DNA of 64,000 nucleotides from Salinivirgaceae bacterium (lineage in GTDB: Bacteria; Bacteroidota; Bacteroidia; Bacteroidales; SZUA-534), in contig JAGCFC010000229.1 in the NCBI GenBank assembly GCA_017650325.1, positions 5,637 to 69,636 on the forward strand. Reading direction: 5' to 3'. Below the pieces are notes generated by a model. It was not told where the DNA came from. It saw only the letters and a list, made by a program, of their open reading frames with translations, and made no database searches. How positions within the stretch are numbered: the first letter of the stretch is position 1; every line of letters starts with the position of its first letter. Positions 25,544 to 35,320 of the stretch are shown piece by piece. Position numbers and translations under genes: made by a program.

Positions 25544-25592
25544 ATCAGTACAAAAAATTAGGTGTGCGACAATTCTTATTTTAAGTTATCGT

Positions 25593-25600
25593 TATTTTTG
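25593..25600 (+). promoter_or_regulatory. candidate -7 promoter box TATTTTTG
   Basis: Perfect TAnnTTTG, 25 nt upstream of the ATG at 25626. Confidence 0.45.
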
Positions 25601-25625
25601 GCAAAATAAATCTTTATCGAAAGCG

Positions 25626-26642
25626 ATGCAAACAAAAAATCTAATCAAAATAATCAAGGCCGAGGCGACGGTTCTTGTGTCATTGATAGAGAACCTGCCC
25701 GATGATGGCAATGTTCAGAGCTATGAAGTTGATATGCTGATAAATAAAATTCAGGCATTGAATAATATTGCCGTTCATCTATCGTCCGACAATGCCGATA
25801 TTGAGTCTGATAACGCTTCCGCGATAGCCGCCGAAGAAGCAGCCCGAAAGGCCGCTGAAGAGGAAGAAGCACGGCTCTTTGCCGAAGCCGAAGCGGCAAA
25901 ACGAGCAGAAGAACTCGAAGCCGAACGAAAAGCCGCTGAAGAGTTGGCTCGCAAGGCTGCCGAAGAGGAAGAACGCAGAATTGCCGCTGAAGAAGCCGCG
26001 CGTAAAGCTGCCGCAGAAGAGGAAGCTCGTAAGATTGCAGCCGCCGAGGCTGCAAAACGGGCCGAGGAACTTGAAAAAGTCCGTCGGATTGCCATTGAGG
26101 AAGCCGAGCGAAAGGCCGCCGCTGCCGAAGAAGCACGCAAAGCCGCCGAGGAAGCTGCACGAAAGGCCGAAGAAGAGACCAAAAAAGCCCAATCGTTGGC
26201 CGATATGTTCGCCGACAACACAGCCGATGTTGAGCAGACATACAACGCTGAAAATGAACAGCAAGCGGAATCTTCCGCAACAACCGAGACTGCTAAAACC
26301 GAGGCAAAACCAAGCACTCTTGCCGACAAGTTCCAACAGAACACGCCGTCGGTGAACGATGTTTTGGCCGGACTTGAGAAAAAGGCAAATCTGGCATCAA
26401 AATTCAACAGCCGGCCCATCACCAACCTGCGAAAAGCCATCAAAATCAACGACCGCATACGGTTCATAAACGAACTGTTCGACCATGACAGCCAGCAGTA
26501 CGAACTTACCATCGACGATATTGAAAATTCGAAAGACATTAACGAGGCATTAGACAAACTTTTCAGTAGCCGTAGATGGAATCAGGAAGACGAGACCACA
26601 GTCGATTTTCTTGAGCTTGTTTATCAACGCTTTAAGGCATAA
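25626..26642 (+). CDS. hypothetical protein with ~135-aa Ala/Glu/Arg/Lys-rich helical repeat region
   Basis: Start chosen at MQTKNLIKIIK because the track's 5' extension overlaps tdk. The central region reads AAEEAARKAAEEEEARLFAEAEAAKRAEELEAERKAAEELARKAAEEEERRIAAEEAARK... Confidence 0.65.
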   Translation: MQTKNLIKIIKAEATVLVSLIENLPDDGNVQSYEVDMLINKIQALNNIAVHLSSDNADIESDNASAIAAEEAARKAAEEEEARLFAEAEAAKRAEELEAERKAAEELARKAAEEEERRIAAEEAARKAAAEEEARKIAAAEAAKRAEELEKVRRIAIEEAERKAAAAEEARKAAEEAARKAEEETKKAQSLADMFADNTADVEQTYNAENEQQAESSATTETAKTEAKPSTLADKFQQNTPSVNDVLAGLEKKANLASKFNSRPITNLRKAIKINDRIRFINELFDHDSQQYELTIDDIENSKDINEALDKLFSSRRWNQEDETTVDFLELVYQRFKA

Positions 26643-26647
26643 TAGCA

Positions 26648-27349
26648 ATGGGCAAACTCTATTTGATTCCAACGCCGGTCGGCAATTTGGAAGACATTAC
26701 TCTTCGGGCGCTAAAACTGCTAAAAGAGGCCGACTTTATTATGGCCGAAGACACGCGCACATCGGGTATATTACTGAATCACTACGAGATAAAAAACAGA
26801 CTTATCCCCTACCACAAATTCAACGAGCACCAGCAAGTGGCGCATTATGCGGAAATGATTGCGGCTGCAAAATCGGCTGCGCTAATCAGCGATGCTGGCA
26901 CACCAGGCATTTCCGACCCCGGATATCTGCTTGTCAAACAGTGTATTCTGAACGACATTGAAGTTGAATGTCTGCCTGGCGCCACAGCTTTCGTACCGGC
27001 ACTCATCAACAGCGGTTTCGCCAACGACCGCTTTTGCTTCGAAGGTTTTTTGCCGCAGAAAAAAGGCCGCCAGAAACGCATTGAGGCCGTGAAAAACGAA
27101 GAGCGCACAATGATTTTCTACGAGTCGCCCTATCGTCTGCTTAAAGCGCTCGAACAGTTTGCCGAAGCCTTCGGCAGCGACCGGATGGTTTGCGTATCGC
27201 GCGAACTGTCGAAAATCCATGAGGAAAATTTCCGAGGAACCATTGGCGAGGCCATCGCGCACTTCACCGAGACCGGCGTGAAAGGCGAGATTGTAATAGT
27301 GGTCGAAGGAAATAAAACGGGCGAAAAAGGCGCGGATGAAGAAAAATAA
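26648..27349 (+). CDS. rsmI: 16S rRNA (cytidine1402-2'-O)-methyltransferase
   Basis: GKLYLIPTPVGNLEDITLRALKLLKEADFIMAEDTR and DAGTPGISDPG. Confidence 0.92.
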   Translation: MGKLYLIPTPVGNLEDITLRALKLLKEADFIMAEDTRTSGILLNHYEIKNRLIPYHKFNEHQQVAHYAEMIAAAKSAALISDAGTPGISDPGYLLVKQCILNDIEVECLPGATAFVPALINSGFANDRFCFEGFLPQKKGRQKRIEAVKNEERTMIFYESPYRLLKALEQFAEAFGSDRMVCVSRELSKIHEENFRGTIGEAIAHFTETGVKGEIVIVVEGNKTGEKGADEEK

Positions 27350-27377
27350 TTTATATTTAACCACTTTTTAGGGGAAA

Positions 27378-28145
27378 ATGAAAACGGATATCAAAGTTGT
27401 GATTATTGACGATGAGGCTCATGGTGTTGAGTCCATCGAATCATTTATTACTGACAAATATCCGTCGTTCAATATTTTAGGCACCGCCAATTCTGTAAAA
27501 ACAGCTGTCGAATTGCTATCGAAAGCTGAAGCCGACCTTGTGTTTTTAGACATTGAGTTGCCCGATGGCAGCGGATTCGACATACTCGAAAAACTATCGA
27601 AACGCGATTTCGATGTTATTTTTGTCACAGCGTTCAACCAATATGCCATTAAAGCGTTCAAATACAGTGCGATAGACTATCTTTTAAAGCCTTTCGACTA
27701 TAATGATATGGATGCCGCTATCAAAAAAATAGTAAACCGCAGCAAATCGAACAGCAAGCATGAGGAGCAGCTAAACGCTCTGTTGCAGAACACAAAACAC
27801 GACAAACCCGAAAAAATAGTTCTAGCCACAGCCGAATCGATTGAATTTGTGAATGTTAAGGATATAATCCACATTCAGTCGGATGGCAACTACAGCACAC
27901 TGCACATAAAAGGCCGCAACGATTTGTTGGTATCGAAGAATTTGGGCGAGTTTGAAAATATGCTCGAAGACTTTCCATTTTTCCGCACCCACCAGTCTCA
28001 CTTGGTCAACTTGAATTTTGTGCAGAAAGTGTCGCGGTTCGATGGCGATGTGATAATGGAAGGCGGCTCTGTGGCCATTCTGTCGCGCCGCAAACGCAAC
28101 CAGTTCCTTGAGGAAATGGCATCTAACATTCAACGAAAAAATTGA
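27378..28145 (+). CDS. LytTR-family response regulator (REC + LytTR DNA-binding domain), no adjacent kinase
   Basis: REC (VVIIDDE...DLVFLDIELPDGSGF...IFVTAF) and LytTR (IHIQSDGNYSTLHIKG...FFRTHQSHLVNL). Confidence 0.9.
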   Translation: MKTDIKVVIIDDEAHGVESIESFITDKYPSFNILGTANSVKTAVELLSKAEADLVFLDIELPDGSGFDILEKLSKRDFDVIFVTAFNQYAIKAFKYSAIDYLLKPFDYNDMDAAIKKIVNRSKSNSKHEEQLNALLQNTKHDKPEKIVLATAESIEFVNVKDIIHIQSDGNYSTLHIKGRNDLLVSKNLGEFENMLEDFPFFRTHQSHLVNLNFVQKVSRFDGDVIMEGGSVAILSRRKRNQFLEEMASNIQRKN

Positions 28146-28232
28146 GCGCCACAGGTTCTACGGATTAAGAGCAACATCCACCTCCGTGCATTTGTCTGAT
28201 TATATATATTTTACCACCACCGATGAAAGATT

Positions 28233-28252
28233 ATGCAACTTGTTGCATTTTT
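28233..28252 (+). terminator. rho-independent terminator
   Basis: ATGCAA-cttg-TTGCAT followed by TTTT. Confidence 0.6.
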
Positions 28253-28260
28253 ACGAGTTC

Positions 28261-28268
28261 TACGTTTG
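28261..28268 (+). promoter_or_regulatory. candidate -7 promoter box TACGTTTG
   Basis: Perfect TAnnTTTG, 47 nt upstream of the ATG at 28316. Confidence 0.4.
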
Positions 28269-28315
28269 TCATTTAATTGAAAAATACTGACATTTGCCGC
28301 AAAACAATATCGAAA

Positions 28316-29053
28316 ATGTTAAACAACAAGATATTCAGGCTAATCGCCATCTTTGGGCTAACTCTCACACTCGCACCAATCGCCACAAATGCCCAAAATA
28401 TCAAAGGAAACGGCAAAGTTAAAACTGATGTTAGACAAGTTAGCGGGTTCAACCGCGTGGTTGTACAAGGTTTGGTCGAATTGTATTTGTCGCAAGAATC
28501 GACCGAAAGTGTGAAGATTGAATCTGAGGAGAACCTGATTTCACTTTTCAAGACCTCAGTATCCGACAGCACTTTGTATGTGTTTGTACCCTCTGCGAAG
28601 AAAGCACTAAAACTCAATGTTACAGTAGCATACAAGGATCTGAAACAGATTATACTTCTCAATGAGGTTACACTTCAATCGGAAAAAGTCGCTAATTTCG
28701 ACGATATTGAAATTATCTGTGGCGGTGCATCACGACTTAATTTCGAGTTCAAAGCCACAAAAAGCACAATAAAGGTTCTCGACAATAGCTCTGTTTCGTT
28801 GCGCGGTTACACCGAATATTTGACTGTTGAAGCACATGACGAAACCGAAATTAACGCATTCGATTTACAGTCAGACAATTGTACTGTTATTGGTTCGGGG
28901 TACGCTGAAATATCAATCAACGTGAAAAAGAAACTCGGCATAACAATGTCAGGTAACTGCAACCTTTACTATATAGGCGAGGCCAACATTTGGCAACGCA
29001 ACTTCACCAGTAGCGGTCTGATTACCAAACGCAAAACTGCAGGAACGAAATAA
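28316..29053 (+). CDS. DUF2807 / head-GIN-domain secreted protein
   Basis: Signal peptide MLNNKIFRLIAIFGLTLTLAPIATNAQ, then GNGKVKTDVRQVSGFNRVVVQGLVELYLSQ. The internal ATG was chosen because the promoter box lies inside the longer ORF. Confidence 0.75.
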   Translation: MLNNKIFRLIAIFGLTLTLAPIATNAQNIKGNGKVKTDVRQVSGFNRVVVQGLVELYLSQESTESVKIESEENLISLFKTSVSDSTLYVFVPSAKKALKLNVTVAYKDLKQIILLNEVTLQSEKVANFDDIEIICGGASRLNFEFKATKSTIKVLDNSSVSLRGYTEYLTVEAHDETEINAFDLQSDNCTVIGSGYAEISINVKKKLGITMSGNCNLYYIGEANIWQRNFTSSGLITKRKTAGTK

Positions 29054-29209
29054 GGGGCTTCTTCCCAAAATGTTTTTGTAATACGCATTCATCGGTTTTA
29101 CAGCCGGATATATTTCGTCCAGGGAACAACCATCTAAAAGTTTTTGTAGGTTGGCATGTGTTGACCTTCAACAAAATCCGTTATATTTACATGACTTAAT
29201 GCAAAAACA

Positions 29210-29482
29210 ATGTATCACGAAAAAACTGACGGACAGACCGATGAACTTACCGAAAAACAAGATCGATTGAATCTTGTTCTCTACAATGATGACTTCAACA
29301 CATTCGAACATGTGATTGAAAGTCTTGTTGACGTGTGTCATCACACTCCGGAACAAGCCGAGCAATGCGCAATAATAGTGCACCATAGAGGTCGGTACGA
29401 AGTGAAATCAGGCAGCTACAAGCGGCTGCTTCCGATGAAAAACGGTCTGATCGACAGAGATCTAACTGTTTCAATCGAATAA
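29210..29482 (+). CDS. clpS: ATP-dependent Clp protease adaptor ClpS
   Basis: LVLYNDDFNTFEHVIESLVDVCHHTPEQAEQCAIIVHHRGRYEV. Confidence 0.92.
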   Translation: MYHEKTDGQTDELTEKQDRLNLVLYNDDFNTFEHVIESLVDVCHHTPEQAEQCAIIVHHRGRYEVKSGSYKRLLPMKNGLIDRDLTVSIE

Positions 29483-29483
29483 G

Positions 29484-29948
29484 ATGTCACTAACTGGTAT
29501 TATCATTTTACTGCTTATTGCCCTACTGCTGATATTTCTCGAAATATTCGTGCTGCCAGGCATCAATGTGGCAGGAATACTAGGCCTGCTAATGATGATT
29601 GCGGGCATATATTTGAGCTACACACAAATAGGTACGCCAACGGCGCACTACGTCTTGGCAGCCACACTTTTCCTGGGCACACTGATTTTATTATTCGGAT
29701 TGCGCTCATCGACATGGCGAAAAGTATCGCTCGACACCTCCATTGACAGCAAGGTTAACGATGATGTATCACTCAATGTGAAAGTAGGCGACCACGGAAC
29801 AACCACTACCCGACTTGGCCCCATTGGAACAGTGCTCATCAACGGAATAGCTTTCGAGGCAAAATCGGCCAACATTATCGACGCGAAAACAGAGATTGAA
29901 GTAACGGAAATAGATGGTAACGAAATAATTGTCAAACCTTTAAAATAA
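29484..29948 (+). CDS. NfeD-family membrane protein
   Basis: Three N-terminal TM helices plus a C-terminal OB-like soluble domain. Located immediately upstream of floA, the classic pairing. Confidence 0.8.
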   Translation: MSLTGIIILLLIALLLIFLEIFVLPGINVAGILGLLMMIAGIYLSYTQIGTPTAHYVLAATLFLGTLILLFGLRSSTWRKVSLDTSIDSKVNDDVSLNVKVGDHGTTTTRLGPIGTVLINGIAFEAKSANIIDAKTEIEVTEIDGNEIIVKPLK

Positions 29949-29954
29949 GAACTA

Positions 29955-30953
29955 ATGTTAATTTCAGGAACAACAACTTTAGTAATCTGCATTGTGGCCG
30001 GTTTTATCGGCTTGTGGATACTGTTCTATTTTATCCCAGTGGGACTATGGTTTACGGCGCTCATATCGGGTGTGCACATCTCGCTGCTGCAACTGATTCT
30101 GATGCGCTGGCGAAAAGTTCCGCCACAGACCATTGTCCGTGCAATGATTGAGGCGCACAAGGCCGGCCTGCAAGGCATCAAACGCGACGACCTCGAGGCT
30201 CACTATCTGGCCGGTGGACACGTTGAGGCGGTTGTCCACGCTTTGGTTTCTGCCGAAAAAGCCAACATCGACCTCAACTTCAAAATGGCCACTGCCATCG
30301 ACCTTGCCGGCCGCGATGTGTTTGAAGCCGTTCAAATGTCGGTTAACCCTAAAGTTATTGACACACCACCTGTTACAGCTGTTGCAAAAGATGGTATCCA
30401 GTTGATAGCCAAAGCCCGCGTGACGGTGCGCGCCAACATTAAGCAATTGGTAGGCGGTGCCGGAGAAGAAACTGTTCTGGCCCGCGTCGGTGAAGGTATT
30501 GTGTCATCAATCGGCTCATCGGCCAATCACAAAAGCGTGCTCGAAAACCCCGACAGCATATCGCGCGTGGTGCTTGAAAAAGGCCTTGATGCCGGTACAG
30601 CCTTCGAGATTCTATCAATCGACATAGCCGACATAGACATAGGCAAGAACATTGGCGCAGTACTGCAAATGGACCAAGCCGAAGCCGATAAGAACATCGC
30701 ACAGGCAAAAGCCGAGGAACGCCGCGCAATGGCTGTAGCTCAAGAGCAGGAAATGAAAGCTCTGGCACAAGAAATGCGCGCAAAGGTGATTGAGGCAGAA
30801 GCTGAAGTGCCTCGTGCAATGGCCGAAGCCTTCCGTGCCGGTAATCTGGGAATTATGGATTACTACAAAATGAAAAACATCGAGGCTGACACGGCCATGC
30901 GTGAAAGCATTGCCACACCACCAACCACAAGCAAGCCAAAGCAAAGCAAATAA
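29955..30953 (+). CDS. floA: flotillin-like protein FloA (SPFH domain)
   Basis: [26 protein letters not shown] and the Ala/Glu-rich C-terminal helix are typical of FloA/YqfA. Confidence 0.9.
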   Translation: MLISGTTTLVICIVAGFIGLWILFYFIPVGLWFTALISGVHISLLQLILMRWRKVPPQTIVRAMIEAHKAGLQGIKRDDLEAHYLAGGHVEAVVHALVSAEKANIDLNFKMATAIDLAGRDVFEAVQMSVNPKVIDTPPVTAVAKDGIQLIAKARVTVRANIKQLVGGAGEETVLARVGEGIVSSIGSSANHKSVLENPDSISRVVLEKGLDAGTAFEILSIDIADIDIGKNIGAVLQMDQAEADKNIAQAKAEERRAMAVAQEQEMKALAQEMRAKVIEAEAEVPRAMAEAFRAGNLGIMDYYKMKNIEADTAMRESIATPPTTSKPKQSK

Positions 30954-30971
30954 ATTGCAATACAGCTAAAT

Positions 30972-31006
30972 AAAAATGGCGCATTCCGATGGATGCGCCA
31001 TTTTTA
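30972..31006. terminator. bidirectional rho-independent terminator between convergent genes
   Basis: AAAAATGGCGCAT...ATGCGCCATTTTT, with an A-run before and a T-run after. Confidence 0.8.
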
Positions 31007-31023
31007 TTATTCCTTAAATGATA

Positions 31024-31698
31024 TCAATCACCAGCTTTCTTAAGTGTAATAATTACAGCCCCATTGCCACCACGGCTACCATAAATAGCTGCGCCTCCAT
31101 CTTTTATCACAGAAATGTCCTTCACATCGCACGGTGTAACAAAATCGAGAGAGGAAACTTCCTGACCATCAACAATTAGCAACGCACACTGCGGACCATT
31201 GAATGTCTCATTACCGCGAATCGACACACAACCTCCACTCACCGAAAGACTCGTGAAATTCTCACTCAACAAATCCATCATATTGGTATAGCGGCAGTAG
31301 TCCTTTCCTTTGGGAAGGCGGGAAACAGCTGTAGTACGGTCTTTTTCAGCAATATAACCATAACCGATAGCCACGTCGATGTTGGCTTCGGTCATCGGGA
31401 AAGTCATTTCGGCAATAACACTGTCGGTATTGTTTGGCTTAATCTTTTTCTTGACTGGTTTGAACAACTCACCTTCAAAAATGACAACATCCTTCTCAGC
31501 GCAAACAAGTGTGAAACAACCGGTTGAATCGGTATGAGTCTTACTGCCCAACGTCTTCGACGAAACTGACAAACCGCGCACCGGCATATCGCCCATGGTT
31601 ACGGCCTTACCATATATGGCCTGTGTTTTTTCCTGCGAATTGGCAAATGCCGCATTCAGCACCACCGCCAACAGAATAACTATCTTTTTCATATTCAA
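31024..31698 (-). CDS. secreted carboxypeptidase-regulatory-like + TonB-plug-like protein lacking a beta-barrel
   Basis: Signal peptide; GKAVTMGDMPVRGLSVSS...TDSTGCFTL; plug-like end DISVIKDGGAAIYGSRGGNGAVIITLKK. Only 224 aa. Confidence 0.6.
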   Translation of the reverse strand: MNMKKIVILLAVVLNAAFANSQEKTQAIYGKAVTMGDMPVRGLSVSSKTLGSKTHTDSTGCFTLVCAEKDVVIFEGELFKPVKKKIKPNNTDSVIAEMTFPMTEANIDVAIGYGYIAEKDRTTAVSRLPKGKDYCRYTNMMDLLSENFTSLSVSGGCVSIRGNETFNGPQCALLIVDGQEVSSLDFVTPCDVKDISVIKDGGAAIYGSRGGNGAVIITLKKAGD

Positions 31699-31802
31699 TA
31701 AAATTTTATGTTCCGAATATAGTCGATTCCTAAATAGGAACGTCTTTTTTTTCTATAAAGCCCCAAAGATTGACAACCGCACGGCCAATTTTATCGCTGA
31801 CA

Positions 31803-32837
31803 TCAGCCTACATTTCCGCAAAAACGCATCACAATATCGTCGAAACGTTCTTGACCGCCAATAAATTCCACTTGAATCGGCTGATAATACACCTGAATGC
31901 CACCGAACCTGTCAACCAAATCGGGAGTCAACCGCATAATGTCCTTCTCTGTCATAACCACAATCTTATGTTCTTGTTTCACAGATTGATACAAACTCAC
32001 AATTTTATCAATGTCGGCAAAAGTAAAGAAATGGTGGTCGGGGAAATTTAGGCTGATAACCTTTGCTCCTGAATCGGTGAGATGAGCGCAGAGCCGCTCT
32101 GGACGAGCAATTCCGGTTGCCACAATCACCGTTGCGCCCTCTAATTGCGGAGTTTGAGACGTTCCAACCAACGGAACAAGTTGCCCGTACCCAAAACGAG
32201 TGAAGAACACAGGCGTTTCCTCGACAAGCCGTAATTTTGCCGTAAAATTGCGCTGCTCATCGTCCGTCAATTGGTCGGGACATTTTGTAACCAACACAAT
32301 GTTGGCACGATTGATTCCCGAACGCGGTTCGCGCAAACGGCCGGCCGGGAGCATCAAATCGCTGAAAATTGGGCGATTATAGTCCACAAGGGCAATGTTC
32401 AGTCCTGCCTTGACATGACGGTGCTGAAAAGCGTCATCGAGAATAAAGGTGTCAGCTGCTCTCTCGGCCAAAAGGCGGTCGATGGCATGAGTCCTCACCT
32501 CATCCACCGCCACGCAAACATCAGTAAATTTACGCTTTATCTGCAACGGTTCATCGCCAACACTTTTGGCATCGGATTCGGGACTGACAGCAACAAATCC
32601 GCTTGTTGAGCGTCCATAACCACGACTCACAACTGCAACCCTGCGCTTACGCGAGAGCAATTTCACAAGATACTCGACATGCGGTGTTTTGCCTGTGCCG
32701 CCAACCGTAATGTTTCCCACCACAATAACGGGCACGCCGTAGGCTTTCGATTTGAGCACACCACAATCGAACAGCCAGTTACGCACAACGGCCACGCATC
32801 TGTAAATGAGCGCAAAAGGCAGCAGCAACCATTTCAT
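31803..32837 (-). CDS. lpxK: tetraacyldisaccharide 4'-kinase
   Basis: VGNITVGGTGKTPHVEYL P-loop. ATG at 32837 (MKWLLLPFALIY) chosen; the track start at 32879 would overlap sppA by 41 nt. Confidence 0.9.
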   Translation of the reverse strand: MKWLLLPFALIYRCVAVVRNWLFDCGVLKSKAYGVPVIVVGNITVGGTGKTPHVEYLVKLLSRKRRVAVVSRGYGRSTSGFVAVSPESDAKSVGDEPLQIKRKFTDVCVAVDEVRTHAIDRLLAERAADTFILDDAFQHRHVKAGLNIALVDYNRPIFSDLMLPAGRLREPRSGINRANIVLVTKCPDQLTDDEQRNFTAKLRLVEETPVFFTRFGYGQLVPLVGTSQTPQLEGATVIVATGIARPERLCAHLTDSGAKVISLNFPDHHFFTFADIDKIVSLYQSVKQEHKIVVMTEKDIMRLTPDLVDRFGGIQVYYQPIQVEFIGGQERFDDIVMRFCGNVG

Positions 32838-32838
32838 G

Positions 32839-34599
32839 TCAATAAATTTCGATAGTGTTCTCCAAACGAGCCTGAACACCTTGCGACCCGATAAGGCTCT
32901 TTATGAATTTTGCTGATTCGGCAAACTCACCCAACTCATTAACAATTTTGCGAGTGCTGACCTCATCGGTCAGCATTTTCATCATTGCCTCAAAACCATC
33001 CTCCTGCTTCGGATAATCGACAACCGTATATTTCTCGGTTCCCGACATCTCGGCAGCCTTTGCAATGGCATCTGTCAAACCGCCATAAGCGTCAATCAAG
33101 TGCAAACGTAAAGCATCGACACCGCACCAAACACGCCCCTGCCCTATGCTGTCAACCAATTCGGTAGAAAGGTTACGGCCATTGCTGACACGGCTAACGA
33201 ATGTTGAGTAGATTTTCTCGACCTCGCCCTGCATAATCTCTCGCTCAGCGGTTGTCATCGGACGATAGGCACTACCTATGTCGGACATTTTGTTGGTTTT
33301 CACCGTTTCAACATTGAGCCCCAAACGGTTATTCATCAGTTTCTGCAAGTTAAGCCCCAACCCGAAAACTCCAATCGAACCGGTCAGAGTGTACTCGCCG
33401 GCCATGATGTAACTTGCCGGGCAAGAGATATAGTAACCGCCCGATGCGGCATAATCGCCCATTGAAACCACTACCGGCTTCACTTGTTTGGTCAGTTCAA
33501 CCTCATGCCATATGTTGTCGCTCACCTGTGCGGAGCCACCGGGCGAGTTGACACGCAGCACTACGGCTTTGATTGACGAATCGGCGCGCACTTCACGCAA
33601 AACCTTGACATATGGTTTTTCTGTTATTTCCTGTTCACCGTAACCGCTTGATTCAGTGTTAATTTCACCCGATGCGTAAATTACAGCTATCTTCTTGTCA
33701 GCCTGCATCATAAATGGTTTCGCCTTGGCGTACTTGCCCACCGACACAAGGTTCAATTTGTCAATAGCCTCAACACCAGTCATTTCCACAAGTTCGTTAA
33801 GCATTTCGTCGCGATAGGCAACCGCATCGATAAGGCCTTCTTTTTTAGCAGCTTGCGGATCGTAAGCCAAACCATTGTCAGCTATTTGGAAGAGCCTTTC
33901 GGCACTGATATTACGTGCAGCGCCAACATTCTGCAAATAAGCGCCCCACATTGCGTCAAGCATAGCTTGATATTGAAGACGATTTTCGGCACTCATGCCA
34001 CTCAGGATGTATGGTTCAACCGCACTTTTGAACTTCCCGTGACGGAACACCTGCACTTCGACACCCAATTTGTCGAGCGCACCCTTATAGAACATTACCT
34101 GCGCCTGCAGGCCACGAAGCAACATGTTGCCCGTCGGGTTCAGTCCGATTTTGTCGGCAACGCTGGCCAGATAATAAACGCCTTGCGACATATTGTCGGC
34201 ATAAGCGTAAATAGGTTTTCCACTCTCTTTGAAATCAACCAGAGCTTTGCGAATTTCGTCAATGGTTGCCAAATTAGCCGGAATATCGCTGTTATCGATA
34301 AATATACATTTGATGTTATCATCGGTTTTGGCACGGCCTATGCACTCCAGAATATCGTTCAGGCCAACGCCCTGCTGCAATCCACTTGTCAGCGATGTCA
34401 AACTGAAACCATCATTGGCACGGTCGGTGATTTCGGACTTGAAACTCAAATGAAGTACAGAGTTGGGCTTCACAGGCTCGCTTTTGTCGCCAAATGCGGC
34501 AACCACACCGGCAATGCCAGCGAAAAGAATAAAGAACACAAACGAATAGAGAATCAGCGCCACCAAATTCGCAAGCACGCTCTTAAAAAAATCTTTCAT
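32839..34599 (-). CDS. sppA: signal peptide peptidase SppA, 67K type
   Basis: Two tandem S49 peptidase halves (YASGEINTES...; GDYAASGGYYISCPA...GSIGVFG). Confidence 0.9.
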   Translation of the reverse strand: MKDFFKSVLANLVALILYSFVFFILFAGIAGVVAAFGDKSEPVKPNSVLHLSFKSEITDRANDGFSLTSLTSGLQQGVGLNDILECIGRAKTDDNIKCIFIDNSDIPANLATIDEIRKALVDFKESGKPIYAYADNMSQGVYYLASVADKIGLNPTGNMLLRGLQAQVMFYKGALDKLGVEVQVFRHGKFKSAVEPYILSGMSAENRLQYQAMLDAMWGAYLQNVGAARNISAERLFQIADNGLAYDPQAAKKEGLIDAVAYRDEMLNELVEMTGVEAIDKLNLVSVGKYAKAKPFMMQADKKIAVIYASGEINTESSGYGEQEITEKPYVKVLREVRADSSIKAVVLRVNSPGGSAQVSDNIWHEVELTKQVKPVVVSMGDYAASGGYYISCPASYIMAGEYTLTGSIGVFGLGLNLQKLMNNRLGLNVETVKTNKMSDIGSAYRPMTTAEREIMQGEVEKIYSTFVSRVSNGRNLSTELVDSIGQGRVWCGVDALRLHLIDAYGGLTDAIAKAAEMSGTEKYTVVDYPKQEDGFEAMMKMLTDEVSTRKIVNELGEFAESAKFIKSLIGSQGVQARLENTIEIY

Positions 34600-34623
34600 T
34601 TCTTTCTGTTTTAATGACTTTTA

Positions 34624-34667
34624 TAAAAAAGTGTGCCAAACCTGCAGTGAAAGCACGATTTGGCACA
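34624..34667 (-). terminator. rho-independent terminator (minus strand) after 34691-35308
   Basis: On the minus strand: TGTGCCAAA...TTTGGCACA followed by TTTTTTAT. Confidence 0.75.
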
Positions 34668-34690
34668 TCATACGCTAAACTAGTGAAAAA

Positions 34691-35308
34691 CTAACGGATA
34701 AACTGCGATGCGTTCGAATATTCGCAGCCAACATAAACACCTATGCAGCCATCGACTTTTTTAGGAGTTTTTTCGACAGCAACTTTTATGGTTATATTTT
34801 GAGTTTTTCCAGGTGTCGCCTCCCAATAAGGTTGTTCTGAATTACGGCTATCGAAAACCAAATCGTTGATAGACGTTGTTTCGCGCATCCAAATAGTATC
34901 CTGCACTACTTCATGTCCATCAGGTATTTTCTCACCATTACTATCATACAGGTAGAATCCCATAGGGTCCTTTTTGTACACCTGAACCGTCTTTTGTTTT
35001 ACACTCTTGATTACGCGGGTGAACTTTTTACGAGGAACGTAAATCTGATAGTTAACATTACCTAGTTTTTGTTCACATGCCACAAACAATCTATAGTTCT
35101 GCTTCGAATAAAGAACGACATTCAATGTAGCCGAATCACCACTTGCCATCTCCTTGAACATTGACTGGCCGCGATAGTCATATTTACCTTTTAAATCGTT
35201 ACTTGCCAGTTTCTTCTTCGAGCAATTCTGACCAAATGTCACACCGCACGACAGCAGCGAGAACAACGCAACCATCAACGGTATGGATAACTTACTTACA
35301 GTTTTCAT
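34691..35308 (-). CDS. lipoprotein of unknown function (distant paralogue of 12101-12523)
   Basis: Signal peptide plus Cys (ALFSLLSCG). Motif similarity to 12101-12523, with an insertion. Confidence 0.6.
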   Translation of the reverse strand: MKTVSKLSIPLMVALFSLLSCGVTFGQNCSKKKLASNDLKGKYDYRGQSMFKEMASGDSATLNVVLYSKQNYRLFVACEQKLGNVNYQIYVPRKKFTRVIKSVKQKTVQVYKKDPMGFYLYDSNGEKIPDGHEVVQDTIWMRETTSINDLVFDSRNSEQPYWEATPGKTQNITIKVAVEKTPKKVDGCIGVYVGCEYSNASQFIR

Positions 35309-35320
35309 TCAATTAGCATT

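Noticed and set aside
25401-25625. 5' extension of the 413-aa ORF, and the 166-aa plus-strand ORF 24950-25450, both overlapping tdk.
   Set aside because: Both are antisense to the clearly real thymidine kinase gene. A -7 box at 25593-25600 and the Met at 25626 give a sensible start.
25654-26557. Three long minus-strand ORFs and one extra plus-strand ORF across 25654-26557. I also considered whether the repetitive DNA is a CRISPR or tandem-repeat locus.
   Set aside because: The GCN/GAR-rich low-complexity coding DNA of the ER/K helix lacks stop codons in all frames. The repeats are imperfect, have no spacer/repeat regularity, and lie inside one ORF.
31727-31752. Palindrome TTCCTA-aa-TAGGAA followed by a T8 run, considered as a terminator.
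   Set aside because: A 2-nt loop cannot form a stable hairpin. The T-run is on the plus strand, where no gene ends nearby. It could be a protein-binding palindrome, but I have no supporting evidence.
33853-34614. 253-aa plus-strand ORF antisense to sppA.
   Set aside because: It is a shadow ORF of the S49 peptidase gene, with no motifs or start context.
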